A stretch of DNA of 64,000 nt from Macrostomum lignano (Eukaryota), in assembly GCA_002269645.1 (NCBI GenBank), contig NIVC01001100.1:1-64000 (forward strand). The letters run 5' to 3'. Shown one piece after another: positions 38,144 to 51,035 of the stretch. The notes beneath the pieces were generated by a model. That model was not told where the DNA came from, did no database searches, and saw only the letters and a program-made list of their open reading frames with translations. Position numbers and translations under genes: made by a program. Each line of letters opens with the position of its first letter. Within the stretch, counting starts at the first letter, position 1.

Positions 38144-38223
38144 CATCATCATCAGCAGCAGCAGCAGCAGCAGTACTCTATGTACAGAGGCGGAGCTGCC
38201 ATGGAGCCTGGGCGGTATGGAGA
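37883..38223 (+). CDS. unc-13: unc-13 exon with SEDSDYTSD motif and polyQ/H
   Basis: SEDSDYTSD is conserved in invertebrate UNC-13 long isoforms; CTGCAG acceptor, GTAAGT donor, phase 0-2. Confidence 0.82.
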
Positions 38224-38289
38224 GTAAGTTTGCGACCTATGTTTCTGACTGCTTTTTGTTGCTGTATTAGCGCTCTTGATTTGGGTTGA

Positions 38290-40600
38290 GGTTGGCTTTG
38301 ATTCTGTGGCTTCAGTGGGTTTAGATTCTGTGGCTTCAGTGGATTTAGATTCTATGGCTTCAGTGGGTTTAGATTCTGTGGCTTCAGTGGATTTAGATTC
38401 TATGGCTTCAGTGGGTTTAGATTCTGTGGCTTCAGTGGGTTTAGATTCTATGGCTTCAGAGGGTTTAGATTCTGTGTCTTCAGTGGGATAAGATTCTGTG
38501 TCTTCAGTGGGTTTAGATTCTGTAGCTTCAGTGGGTTTAGATTCTGTGGCTTCAGTGGGTTTAGATTCTGTGGCTTCAGTGGGTTTAGATTCTGTGTCTT
38601 CAGTGGGTTTAGATTCTGTGGCTTCAGTGGGTTTAGATTCTATGGCTTCAGAGGGTTTAGATTCTGTGTCTTCAGTGGGATAAGATTCTGTGTCTTCAGT
38701 GGGTTTAGATTCTGTGGCTTCAGTGGGTTTAGATTCTGTGGCTTCAGTGGGTTTAGATTCTGTGGCTTCAGTGGGTTTAGATTCTGTGGCTTCAGTGGGT
38801 TTAGATTCTATGGCTTCAATGGGTTTAGATTCTATGGCTTCAGTGGGTTTAGATTCTGTGTCTTCAGTGGGATTAGATTCTGTGGCTTCAGTGAGTTTAG
38901 ATTCTGTGTCTTCAGTGGGTTTAGACTCTGTGGCTTCAATGGGTTAAGATTATGTGGCTTCAGTGGGTTTAGATTCTGTGGCTTCAGTGGGTTTAGATTC
39001 TATGGCTTCAATGGGTTAAGATTATGTGGCTTCAGTGGGTTTAGATTATGTGGCTTCAGTGGGTTTAGATTCTGTGGCTTCATTGGGTTTAGATTCTGTG
39101 GCTTCAGTGGGTTTAGATTCAATGGCTTCAGTGGGTTTAGATTCTGTGGCTTCAGTGGGTTTAGATTCAATGGCTTCAGTGTGTTTAGATTCTGTGGCTT
39201 CAGTGGGTTTGGATTCTGTGGCTTCAGTGGGTTTAGATTCTGTGGCTTCAGTGGGTTTAGATTCTGTAGCTTCAGTGGGTTTAGATTATATGGCTTCAGT
39301 GTGTTTAGACTCTGTGGCTTCAGTGGGTTTAGATTCTATGGCTTCAGTGGATTTAGATTCTGTGGCTTCAGTGGGCTTAGATTCTGTGGCTTCAGTGGGT
39401 TTAGATCCTATGGCTTCAGTGGGTTTAGATTCAATGGCTTCAGTGGGTTTAGATTCTGTGGCTTCAGTGGGCTTAGATTCTGTGGCTTCAGTGGGTTTAG
39501 ATCCTATGGCTTCAGTGGGTTTAGATTCAATGGCTTCAGTGGGTTTAGATTCTGTGGCTTCAGTGGGTTTAGATTCAATGGCTTCAGTGGGTTTAGATTC
39601 AATGGCTTCAGTGGGTTTAGATTCAATGGCTTCAGTGGGTTTAGATTCTGTGGCTTCAGTGGGTTTAGATTCTGTGGCTTCAGTGGGTTTAGATTCAATG
39701 GCTTCAGTGGGTTTAGATTCAATGACTTCAGTGGGTTTAGATTCAATGGCTTCAGTGGGTTTAGATTTTGTGGCTTGAGTGGGATTAGATTCTGTGGCTT
39801 CAATGGGTTTAGGTTCTGTGGCTTCAGTGGGTTTAGATTCAATGGCTTCAGTGGGCTTAGATTCTGTGGCTTCAGTGGGTTTAGATCCTATGGCTTCAGT
39901 GGCTTTAGATTTTGTGGCTTGAGTGGGATTAGATTCTGTGGCTTCAATGAGTTTAGATTCAATGGCTTCAGTGGGTTTAGATCCTATGGCTTCAGTGGGT
40001 TTAGATTTTGTGGCTTAAGTGGGATTAGATTCTGTGGCTTTAATGGGTTTAGGTTCTGTGGCTTCAGTGGGTTTAGATTCAATGGCTTCAGTGGTTTAGA
40101 TTCTGTGGCTTCAGTGGATGTAGATTATGTAGCTTCAGTGGGTTTAGATTTAATGGCTTTAGTGGGTTTAGATTCAATGGCTTCAGTGGGTTTAGATTTT
40201 GTGGCTTGAGTGGGATTAGATTCTGTGGCTTCAATGGGTTTAGGTTCTGTGGCTTCAGTGGGTTTAGATTCAATGGCTTCAGTGGGCTTAGATTCTGTGG
40301 CTTCAGTGGGTTTAGATCCTATGGCTTCAGTGGCTTTAGATTTTGTGGCTTGAGTGGGATTAGATTCTGTGGCTTCAATGAGTTTAGATTCAATGGCTTC
40401 AGTGGGTTTAGATCCTATGGCTTCAGTGGGTTTAGATTTTGTGGCTTAAGTGGGATTAGATTCTGTGGCTTTAATGGGTTTAGGTTCTGTGGCTTCAGTG
40501 GGTTTAGATTCAATGGCTTCAGTGGTTTAGATTCTGTGGCTTTAGTGGATGTAGATTATGTAGCTTCAGTGGGTTTAGATTTAATGGCTTTAGTGGGTTT
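38290..40600. repeat. 24-bp minisatellite, 2.3 kb
   Basis: (GGCTTCAGTGGGTTTAGATTCTGT)n. Confidence 0.97.
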
Positions 40601-41129
40601 AAACTACATTTTTATACAAGCCAAATAATGCCTTTTTGAAGAGCCCTTTTAAATTATCCCAGTAACTAAGGATCCCCTAACTTTGGGGATCCCCTTGGCA
40701 ACAGCCGTAGGTGATTTATTTTGAAGAGTAACTCTCTGTGGAAACTGCATGACTGAAAGGAATCAACTGGTGAATAGTTAATGAGAATGAGGTAGTCCTG
40801 AGCTAACGGTTTCTTGGTAAATTATTGATTTAACGGTGAGTAGAAGATAATTCCGCAAGGACGGGGGTTTGTTAATTACTCGCAGTTCTGTTCCTAAGAT
40901 ATGACTAAGCCTGAGCTCATATGCTCATCCATATTATCGCGTGCGGATTAACCCGGCATGAGAGCATGAGCTTCTGAAGATCAGGATATTAATCGATTTT
41001 AGCGACCGCGGCGGACCCCGGGTCTCCCAAAGTTGAAAGTTTTTTTCGCTCAAGTTTGTTTGAATAGATCGATAGATTATCATGCGGCGAAGACTTTGCT
41101 CACAATGTGTTTCTTCTGCATTTTTTCAG

Positions 41130-41156
41130 CGTTCCAACCGACGCGTATTCGAGACG
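41130..41156 (+). CDS. unc-13: unc-13 candidate 27-nt microexon
   Basis: TTTTTTCAG acceptor, GTGAGT donor, phase 2-2, open (DVPTDAYSR). Confidence 0.55.
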
Positions 41157-41199
41157 GTGAGTGGCCTGCTGTGTGATTGGTGTTGTTGTTTGGAATGGT

Positions 41200-42035
41200 G
41201 GAGAAGAGGGTGTGAGAGGTAGAGAACAGGGTGAGAGAGGTAGAGAAGAGGGTGTGAGAGGTAGAGAAGAGGGTGAGAGAGGTAGAGAAGAGGGTGAGAG
41301 AGGTAGAGAAGAGGGTGAGAGAGGTAGAGAAGATGGTGTGAGAGGTAGAGAAGAGGGTGTGAGAGGTAGAGAAGAGGGTGTGAGAGGTAGAGAAGAGGGT
41401 GTGAGAGGTAAAGAAGAGGGTGTGAGAGGTAGAGAAGAGGGTGTGAGATGTAGAGAACAGGGTGTGAGAGGTAGAGAAGAGGGTGTGAGAGGTAGAGAAG
41501 AGGGTGTGAGAGGTAGAGAAGAGGGTGAGAGAGGTAGAGAAGAGGGTGTGAGAGGTAGAGAAGAGGGTGAGAGAGGTAGAGAAGAGGGTGAGAGAGGTAG
41601 AGAATATGGTGTGAGAGGTAGAGAAGAGGGTGTGAGAGGTAGAGAAGAGGGTGAGAGAGGTAGAGAAGAGGGTGTGAGAGGTAGGAGAAGTGGGTGTGAG
41701 AGGTAGAGAAGAGGGTGTGAGATGTAGAGAACAGGGTGTGAGAGGTAGAGAAGATGGTGTGAGAGGTAGAGAAGAGGGTGTGAGAGGTAGAGAAGAGGGT
41801 GAGAGAGGTAGAGAATATGGTGTGAGAGGTAGAGAAGAGGGTGAGAGAGGTAGAGAAGAGGGTGAGAGAGGTAGAGAAGAGGGTGTGAGAGGTAGAGAAG
41901 ATGGTGTGAGAGGTAGAGAACAGGGTGAGAGAGGTAGAGAAGAGGGTGTGAGAGGTAGGAGAAGTGGGTGTGAGAGGTAGAGAACAGGGTGAGAGAGGTA
42001 GAGAAGAGGGTGTGAGAGGTAGGAGAAGTGGGTGT
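41200..42035. repeat. 21-bp purine-rich minisatellite
   Basis: (GAGAGGTAGAGAAGAGGGTGT)n. Confidence 0.96.
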
Positions 42036-42315
42036 AATATGTGGGAGATGACGTATCAAAAGTACATACCGGAATTGAGAGCTCTCTTCATGAATATAAA
42101 GTGACTCTCCAAGATCCTCATATTGCTCAAAAGCAGAATTCTCTTTGAACTCTGAACTCGTAAAATTCGATTTCTATATTCCTAGTGTGTTTGTTTCCTG
42201 GAGAGCATTTGCTCAAACTTGAGCATCAATGATTAAATTAAGCTGATGTAGCTCTGGATTCGATCCTTAAAAATGATGTCAATAAACTTCTCAATTCTTA
42301 ACTCTGAAATTTCAG

Positions 42316-42447
42316 GCAGCAGTTTATGTCCTACTACTACTCAAGCTCGGAGGATGAGCAGTACAGACCGTATCCGTCCTTTCCTCCACCTCCGCCTTCC
42401 CTGACCAACACAGCCACCACGAGTGCAGAAGACCGCGAGAGGCTAGA
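42316..42447 (+). CDS. unc-13: unc-13 candidate exon
   Basis: TTTCAG acceptor, GTGAGT donor, phase 2-2, open frame (QQFMSYYYSSSEDEQYRPYP...). Confidence 0.62.
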
Positions 42448-42514
42448 GTGAGTTGCTGGCGTCTGATTTCACTTCAAAATATTTGCTGCTTTTCGTTTTT
42501 GTTCAGGAGCAATT

Positions 42515-43220
42515 TCCTGACAGCATTCCCCTACCTGACAGCATTCCCCACCTCCTGACAGCATTCCCCCTCCTGACAGCATTCCCCACCTCCTGACAGC
42601 ATTCCCTCACCTCCTGACAGTATTCCCCACCTCCTGACAGCATTCCCCCACCTCCTGACAGCATTCCCCAACCTCCTGACAGCATTCCCCCACCTCCTGA
42701 CAGCATTCCCCAACCTCCTGACAGCATTCCCCAACCTCCTAACAGCATTCCCCCAACCTCCTAACAGCATTCCCCCACCTCCTGACAGCATTCCCCAACC
42801 TCCTGACAGCATTCCCCCAACCTCCTGACAGCATTCCCCAACCTCCTGACAGCATTCCCCAACCTCCTGACAGCATTCCCCCAACCTCCTAACAGCATTC
42901 CCCCACCTCCTGACAGCATTCCCCAACCTCCTGACGGCATTCCCCCAACCTCCTAACAGCATTCCCCCACCTCCTGACAGCATTCCCCAACCTCCTGACA
43001 GCATTCCCCAACCTCCTAACAGCATTCCCCCAACCTCCTAACAGCATTCCCCCAACCTCCTGACAGAATTCCCCAACCTCCTGACAGCATTCCCCAACCT
43101 CCTAACAGCATTCCCCCAACCTCCTAACAGCATTCCCCCAACCTTCTGACAGCATTCCCCAACCTCCTGACAGCATTCCCCAACCTCCTGACAACATTCC
43201 CCACCTCCTGACAGCATTCC
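42515..43220. repeat. 20-22-bp minisatellite
   Basis: (CCTCCTGACAGCATTCCCCA(A))n. Confidence 0.95.
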
Positions 43221-44361
43221 TTAGCCCTGGGTTCGATGGATTGCCAAGAGATTCACACCCATTGGGGGGGGATTCAAGGCACAGACAGTGTACATGCCAG
43301 ACGATTGGAAAGTCAGAACCGCTGTACACCCTGTCTGATCGTGTGTGTGTGTGTGTGCTCAGTGGAGTCAGCGGAATGGGCAGAATTGCCTCAGCGCAGT
43401 TTATGAGACCATGTCACCGAAAGGCGTTGCGCCAGGGTGGCTTCAGACTTCCTGAAATTCTTATTATTATGAGCTCATATTATTACAGGACAAAATTAAA
43501 TCCAAAATGTTTCAATTTATTTCAAAAAAACCATAACATCCCGACAGGGCTCAGTAGAGTTTCTGGCAGCCCGAATGCATTTGGGAATTGCCAGAATTGG
43601 AAATTTATCTTTGACATGCACAGCTCTAAAATTACCTTCCACTCTTCGGTAATTAATCATGGATTTCTTTTGCGCTTGAATAAAATCTTGTTCCCTATTT
43701 GGGAATCTGAAGGGTCCTTGCTAAAAGAAGATTATTTTTTTAATAAGATTCGTGCTATTTGTTTTAACTGTTGATTTTCGCGTCAGTTCAAATTGACAAT
43801 CACAACAAGATCGCTCTGTCTGGCCGCGTGGGCGCACTAAAGTACATCGGGTCTCGAATCCGATGGGAGATCAGCTTTAATGCCCATATTTTTCCTTTCT
43901 TATCGCTGCATCTCCTTGATGCTATCCCGCTGGGAGACTGGGGATAATCTTCCCTATTTTTCCGTCTCCTACTGTAGCGAGTTCTCATTAGCAGCAGCCT
44001 CAAGATAGGCCGGTGTTCGACTGATCGGGAAACTTTTTATCCCAATCCCTTATTCCCCTACACACTCGCGCATCCCTCATATCCCGTGTACGGATGAGCC
44101 TTCTCCCTGTGAGCCTAGTGAAATATATTTTAGAAAACTATCTGTTTTTGTAGCAAAGCAAAATTGAAAAACAAATACAAAAAATTGATCTATACAGCGC
44201 CTCTACTCTAAGCAGATTGGGATTTAGTGGCAAAAACACAGAATGATTGAGATTAGCCTTTGGACGCACTGTCAATAATTTATGAGCACTGCGAATTCTC
44301 TGGGAAAGTGGCAATTGGCGTTAGAAGCTACGAGCATTAGGTAGTGTCAAATTGGTAAATG

Positions 44362-44805
44362 GGTTTAGATGGCGCCGCATGGGTTTAGATGACGCCAAAT
44401 GGGTTTAGATGGCGCCAAATGAGTTTAAATGGCGCCAAATGAGTTTAAATGGTGCCAAATGGGTTTAGATGACGCCAAAAAGGTTTAGATGACGCTAAAT
44501 GGGTTTAGATAGCGCCAAATGGGTTTAGATGACGCCAAGTGGGTTTAGATGACGCCAAATGGGTTTAGATAGCGCCAAATAGGTTTAGATGACGCTAAAT
44601 GGGTTTAGATAGCGCCAAATGGGTTTAGATGACGCCAAGTGGGTTTAGATGACGCCAAATGGGTTTAGATAGCGCCAAATGGGTTTAGATGACGCCAAAT
44701 GGGTTTAGATAGCGCCAAATGGGTTTAGATGACGCCAAATGGGTTTAGATAGCGCCAAATGGGTTTAGATGACGCCAAATGGGTTTAGATGACGCTAAAT
44801 GGGTT
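44362..44805. repeat. 20-bp minisatellite
   Basis: (AAATGGGTTTAGATGACGCC)n. Confidence 0.95.
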
Positions 44806-45219
44806 CACTAAAGATGGCACTCAATTAGAGCAGTGCAAAGCTCTAAAGTGCTCACAACTCAAGCTGTGGTTTGAGCAATTAAGACTGGGAACGCTGAGGC
44901 CAAGAGAAACTGCCCATCGGAAGCGCTTTTTTCATGTACTTTTACAGCTCACCTGCCGTAAAAGCTGGAGTTCCTTTGCATTTTTTAAATCCCCATCCCC
45001 TTAGCCTTCCATTCTCTTTTGTCTACTCCAGAGTTGCTTTGTGCTTGGCGGAGCCTCAAGAAGCTAGTTAATTTTATTGTCTTTCTTTGCCGCTTCCTGC
45101 AACTCTCAAGACCCTTCGCTGTGTCAAGTTTTTGTTTTTAAACTTATCTTTGCGTTCAAAATGGAATTGGTTGTCTTCAATTGATTAGTAATCTTTTAAA
45201 GAGTTCGTTTTGTTCCGAG

Positions 45220-45830
45220 AGAAGAGGAGAGAGAAAGGACTGTAAAGAGAGAGAGAGAGGGAGAGGGAGAAAGGGAGAGAGAGAGGGAGAGAGGGAGAGA
45301 GAGAGAGAGGTGATAGAGGATGCCGAGTTAAGGGAGGTGAGAGAGGGAGAGATGATAGAGAGAGGTAAGAGAGGAGAGAGGCGAGAAAGGAGAGAGAGGT
45401 AAGCAAGGAGAGAGGAGAGAGAGGAGAGGTGAGAGAGAGGTGAGAGGTGAGAGGTGAGAGAGGAGAGAGGTGAGAGAGGAGAGAGAGGAGAGGTGAGAGA
45501 GAGGTGAGAGGTGAGAGGTGAGAGAGGAGAGAGGTGAGAGAGAGAGAGAGGAGAGAGGAGAGAGGAGAGAGGTGAGAGAGATAATAGGTCAGAGAGGAGG
45601 GAGGAGAAATGAGAAAGAGAAGTGAGGAGAGGGGGGAGGAGAAAGGTGAGAGGTGAATGGAGAGAGATGAGAGAACTGAGGTGAGAGAGGAGTGAACTTA
45701 GAGGTGAGAGGAGAGAGGAGAAATGAGAGAGAGAAGTGAGGAGAGGGGGTAGAGAAGAGAGACTAGAGAAGAGAGATGAGGAAGGATGGAGATGTGAGAG
45801 AAGGGAGGTGAGAGCGGTGAGATAAGAGTT
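45220..45830. repeat. GA-rich low-complexity tract
   Basis: GAGAGGT/GAGAG units. Confidence 0.9.
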
Positions 45831-46983
45831 CAGTGGAAGTACAGAGAGGCAGTGAGACGGCCCAGTGGCTCAAACCGACAGAGCGGTCATGAAGTTCGAT
45901 AACTAAGAGTGTAGATTAAGAACATTTTCAAGCTCTTTTCTGGACCAGCGATGGCTTAATTGATTCAACGTGTGTAACTGCATGTATATCCCAGCTGTTG
46001 AAAAGTTTGGTAAAATCTATTACAAAACCGTCACGATTACTTCTAACTCCAAACTCTAATATTAGAACTCCACTACAGAGCCTGTCAGCCTCTCTCAATA
46101 TTTGTTTTGCCAAGTCATTCACCCGCAGCCTCGCAATTTCCCCCATGCATTTGCTATTCACTCCACTCTCTCAGATCCCGCCCACACAGAGCTCCCAGTT
46201 TCAGCTCCTCCGTTACCCGCGGTTTCACCTGCTAACTATCTGTAACTAATTACAATGGGCCGCCCGTGTCCGGCCGGCTGGACAAATTTGTGCTAATTGA
46301 GTGAGTAGAGTAGCCTGAGTGAGTAGCCCGTCAGCAGCTGCGCTCCCTCTGATGGGGCTTCAATGCTGGGAGTCTGATGATAATACCGAAGCAGACTGAC
46401 GACATGAAAAAAAATGAAATACTGCTGTTGTCACGGCAACTGGGGGGGGGGGATAAGTTTTATCGGGATTTTTCTCCTCTCTCCCTCGCGAGTCTCCCTT
46501 TCTGACCCCTCGGCTCTGCTGCATGGGATTTAGAAATGAAAAAATGTATAAAACTGGGAGTCCAGCCCCCCCCCCCGCTGAGATTGGGAGATTGGAGCGC
46601 ATCCGCTGAAAGGCATAAAATAATTTTCAAGTCCTCTAGTCAGGCCAGCCCTCCTCCCCTACCCCAGTTCGATCCCCAGTTCAGTTTTGTGGCACCGGGC
46701 CAGGAACTGAGAATAACCGTTTTCAAGGTCATGAATGATTAATTTTTTCGCGTATTTTTGCAAAAATAACAAAAAATCCTAACCGTTCTACTTGCAGCGG
46801 CAGTACGCTGATAATGCGCTAATTTTTTAACTATTTTTCATTTCAAAATTCCAGTTCTTATGGCAGCTTGTTCGGAAAGGAGCCGAGAAATTTCTATTGC
46901 AACAGGTGGGCGAGAATTAATTGCTTCGCTAATTATGGACTTACAAACAGCCAAATAAATCAATTTGATGTACTCTTATACAG

Positions 46984-47040
46984 GTACGATGAGTATCGCT
47001 ATGGACAGAGCAGTCCTCAGAGCTCCAGCTGCGATAGAAG
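46984..47040 (+). CDS. unc-13: unc-13 candidate 57-nt exon
   Basis: TTATACAG acceptor, GTAAGG donor, phase 2-2 (YDEYRYGQSSPQSSSCDR). Confidence 0.6.
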
Positions 47041-47399
47041 GTAAGGATCTCGATCCACTCGGAACAATTTGTGTCCTTGAGCAAGAGACACTGAACTCTG
47101 CATTGCTTCAGTTCATCCAGCTGTAAAATGGGGTAATTGAGGGTGTGTGTGGCGGCCCCCCAGTCCTTGGACTGAACAGCCGTACGCAGCCTTCAGATGC
47201 GCCGCGCAATAGCTGCGGCTGAGCTGTCGGTTGCACCTCTGCCGATTAGGCCAGGTGTAATCAATTATTAATTTAACAAGAAGTGATGCTTACTTCGTAA
47301 TAATTCGGCCTATGGGGATTATTCCAGTTTCAACTCTCATTGCTCATTTTTTCTACCTAAAATTGACAGAGAATTGCTAATCTCTTCCTTCCACTCCAG

Positions 47400-49562
47400 C
47401 CCCGGCTACAGCCGCCGCATTCTCCAGCCGTCTCCTCAAGAGGATTCCGACGCACTCGCCAGTGCTTTGCCGCCGTTCGGCCGCCATCGGCAGCAGCAGC
47501 GGCAGTACATCTACGGCAGCGGTCCTGAGGACGAGCTGGCGGACCTGGTCAGCCCGACCATGTCCCTCCTTGACCCGAACGAAGGCGTCGGCATTGTCGG
47601 CATCGATCCGTACGCCAAGTTCGCCAGCCCGGTGCTGCACCGGCGCGCCGGCTACCCGACGCCCGAGGCGGCCATCGCAGCCGCCGGTGTGATGAGTTCG
47701 CCGGTGTGCTCAGCCGAGGACGAGCCGCTGGACGATTTGGCGTCAAGCAGCCTGGCAGGTTTAAGCCGGAGCGACTCCTTCTACGAGAACCACCGGCCCT
47801 TGGCCGTGATGGCGCCGCGCCGTGGCCACCTGCGCTATCCACCAGCCGACTACGACTACAGCGCCGAGGACTACGAGGAGGCCGCGGTGACTCGGACGGG
47901 GGGTCGAAACGCTGCCTACCAGAGCAGCTTCTCGTCCGAGGACCAGCCGCTAAGCAGCGACTTCTCCAGCGCCGCTGGCGTCCACCAGCAACAGCTGCAG
48001 CAGCCGCAGCCGCAGAGGCAGCGGAGGCAGCAGCGCCACCTGCCAACGCCGCAAACTGCCGAGCAGCGGCAGCGCCGATTCGAAGCGACCTCGGCCGGGG
48101 TCAGCCAGGAGACGGACACCACCGTCAGCGACGCGAGCGGCGCCAACCTGGTTGGAGGAGGTCGCCCCAACAACCGACGGCTTCCTGGCGGCATCCGGGA
48201 GGAGGAGGAGGAGCTGAGCGCGGCGTCCTCGCTGCAGCAGCTGCACCAGCGGGGCTCTGACGAGGCCAGCGGAAGCTACGAGCGAAACCTGATCGCCCCG
48301 CCAATCGTTGATCGGCGATTCGCTAGCAGTGCTCGGCCGCCGTCCATCAGCAACCTGCGCGGCCAGAGTGCCATCACGGACGAAGACGACATCCCGCTTA
48401 GAGCAGAAGAAGCGATAGCGGCAGCCGGGGAAGAGTTTGAAGCAGAGGAGGCCGGCTTCGCCCCGCTGCAGACGGATTCGTTCGACAACAACTTCAATCG
48501 GAGCTTCGAGGACGAGGCCGGTCTGGACTTCGACGACCAGGAGCCGCCGGAACGAGAGCTGCTAACGCCGGTCGGTCAGCGAGGCGGCGTCGACCTGGAC
48601 ATCGACTATGACGGTCGGTTGACGCCCAGAGCAGGTGGCCAGTTCAGTGACGAAGAGCTACGGCCAGAGATGGGACGTGACGAAGCGGCGCCAATTCCGC
48701 AACCGATTCGACACGAACGCTTGACAGACGACGGCTTCAACGGACGACAGTCTGCTATTGAAGAGCTCGAGCCCGACCTTGACGATGGGAACTACTTTGA
48801 GCAATCGAGTCGAGAGGTTTCATTTGACCGCGGGCCGCCACCTCCGCCGCCGCTGCAGCGCTCGGAGGAGGACGAACTGGTGCTCGATGGGGACGCCGAT
48901 TTTCAGTCAGGCGCAGCTGAGGAGGCGCCGTACGACCGCTCGGCGGGCTACCGGCAGCGGGCTCGGACACTGTCTCGAGTGTCCGGTTTCGAAGAGGAAG
49001 TGGAAGAGGAGGAGGACGAGGCGCTGATGGTAAACAATCGAGACAGTCAAGACGCAGACGATGGCGAGCTGCTGTACGAGGAGACGGAAAGGCGGAGAGA
49101 CGACAGCCGCGACTTTGACGAGCCTCAAGACGGAGCAGAGCAGGACTTTGACGAAGAAGAGGAGGAGGACGATGAGGGCGGCAGCGGGATGTTCCGGCGA
49201 CGAACTTCGCTGCCAGATCGACGCTTGCTGTCGCCGACGGAAGGCGGCGGCGAGGACGCCGAGCTGGACGACGAGGCGGTCGAGGGCGAGGGCGAGTTGG
49301 ATCCGTTCTCGGATTACCGCGATTTCGAGCGCGAATTCGATGACGAGGCGGCTGCTGCTGAGGCCGCGGCTGCCGACGCCGAAGACGCCGCGGCGCAGGC
49401 GGCCGAGGAAGGCGACGAGCAGCCGGTAATCGAGGAGGAGGCTCTGTCACCCTCGACGCCGCCTCCTCGGCCCGAGTCACCGGTTGCTCGGCCGAAACTG
49501 TCCGACGAGGACGAGCGAGAAGCGGAGGATGAGTTTGACGAGAATCGGTTCGGGCGGCCGGG
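47400..49562 (+). CDS. unc-13: unc-13 giant acidic low-complexity exon (721 codons)
   Basis: 730-codon open frame with coding-like GC composition; CACTCCAG acceptor, GTGAGC donor, phase 2-2; lies between C2A and the CaM-site exon. Confidence 0.75.
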
Positions 49563-50131
49563 GTGAGCTGGGGCTCTTTGGTGAGGTCATTTGGGATGGA
49601 TGGGGTTATTAAGGTGGATGGGGTCATTTGGGGTCGGATGGGGTCATTTGGGGTCGGATGGGGTCATTTGGGGCTATATAGAGTTTTAAGGTTACAGTTA
49701 CGAGCGTATATTGACGTCACCAGATGAGACGTATTATCATTAACAAGAATTTTTACTTTGTGAATTTTACAGCAATGGAAAGAATATTGAGGTATAAAAA
49801 TATTTTGGCTTTACTACAGTGTAAAGCTTTTTAATCTATGCTGAAACCAATTATAATTAATAAGATAATGGCTTTCTACTCTCTTTTCTCAGGTTTTACT
49901 TGCTCTGGTGGCGGAATTATAAAAAAATTTCCCTTTTTGTTTACATTCTCTCTCAGTCCATGAGAATCTGCCTCTCCGCTCTCTGAGTCCACGAGAATCT
50001 GCTTTTTTGGATTGAGCTTACTCACTGCCTTGGCTATTTAAGCTACTCGCACAGTCAGTAGTCACAGTGGAGCACAATCACTATTAAATTTCCAAATGCA
50101 GCGCAAGCAACGGGGCCTACTATCCGTCCAG

Positions 50132-50324
50132 AGAAGACAAAGCGGCATCGCCAGGCGAGGGCACCGGCGGGTCAGGCGCCGCGTCGGTGGACACCCCGAC
50201 CACGTCGACATCTCGACAGCGGCCGGGCAGCGGCGCCGGTTTCAGCGGCTCTATCGGTGGTGTCAGCTGCGCTAGAAAACGCTGGATTGAGGCGTTCAAC
50301 AGGGTTTGCGCTCAGCTCAGCGAG
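50132..50324 (+). CDS. unc-13: unc-13 exon with calmodulin-binding site
   Basis: ARKRWIEAFNRVCAQLSE matches Munc13-1 AKANWLRAFNKVRMQLQE (W-F-V 1-5-8 anchors); GTCCAG acceptor, GTGAGT donor, phase 2-0. Confidence 0.88.
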
Positions 50325-50764
50325 GTGAGTGAGGTGCCCGCGATGGCTTGCCGTAGCCCAGTGGTCTCGCATGGCGCTCTGATGTGCCAGCGGCCCAGGT
50401 TCGATTCCAAGTTGCAGTCGCATTAATTTGGGGCTAAATTGGAATATCGGCTTGGCTCTGCTCGTGCAATTATCTCCTCTGAGGGCCAACCCCCAAGGCA
50501 CAGTGAAGCGTACATGCCTAACGATAAATAAAGTTAGGGCCGCTGTACACTCCTGTGTGAGTGTGTGCCTGTGCGTATGACTCGGGGGCTCAGGGGAGTC
50601 GGTGGAATGGGCAGTAATGCCTCTCGCCGGTTGTGTAACAATGTCGCTTGAAGTGCGCAAGAGTCCACACAGCCCTCCTTCTTCTACTAAATTAATGGTG
50701 GTCGCTTGACTGGTTCAATTGGGTCAGAATTCCACTGGCCAATCAAAAAGCACGGAGGGGGTAG

Positions 50765-51035
50765 AGTTTTTATTAGGGGAGTCTCGGCCGTCCAATAAGA
50801 ATGCGCGGATAGTGAAGGCCTTTTTATGGGGGGTTTCGGCTGTCCAATAAAAATGCGCCAATAGGAAAGGGCGATTTTTATGGGGGTTTCGGCGGTCCAA
50901 TAGAAATGCGCCAATAGGAAAGGGCGATTTTTATGGGGGTTTCGGCGGTCCAATAAAAATGCGCCAATAGGAAAGGGCGATTTTTATGGGGGTTTCGGCT
51001 GTCTAATAAAAATGCGCGGATTGGAAAGGGCCTTT
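50765..51035 (+). repeat. ~53-bp tandem array rich in CCAAT
   Basis: Unit CCAATAAAAATGCGCCAATAGGAAAGGGCGATTTTTATGGGGGTTTCGGCGGT, about 5 copies. Confidence 0.8.

Noticed and set aside
47377-49627. Antisense and alternative-frame ORFs over the unc-13 acidic exon and the LINE ORF
   Set aside because: Expected shadows of GC-rich coding sequence; no independent motifs or splice signals.
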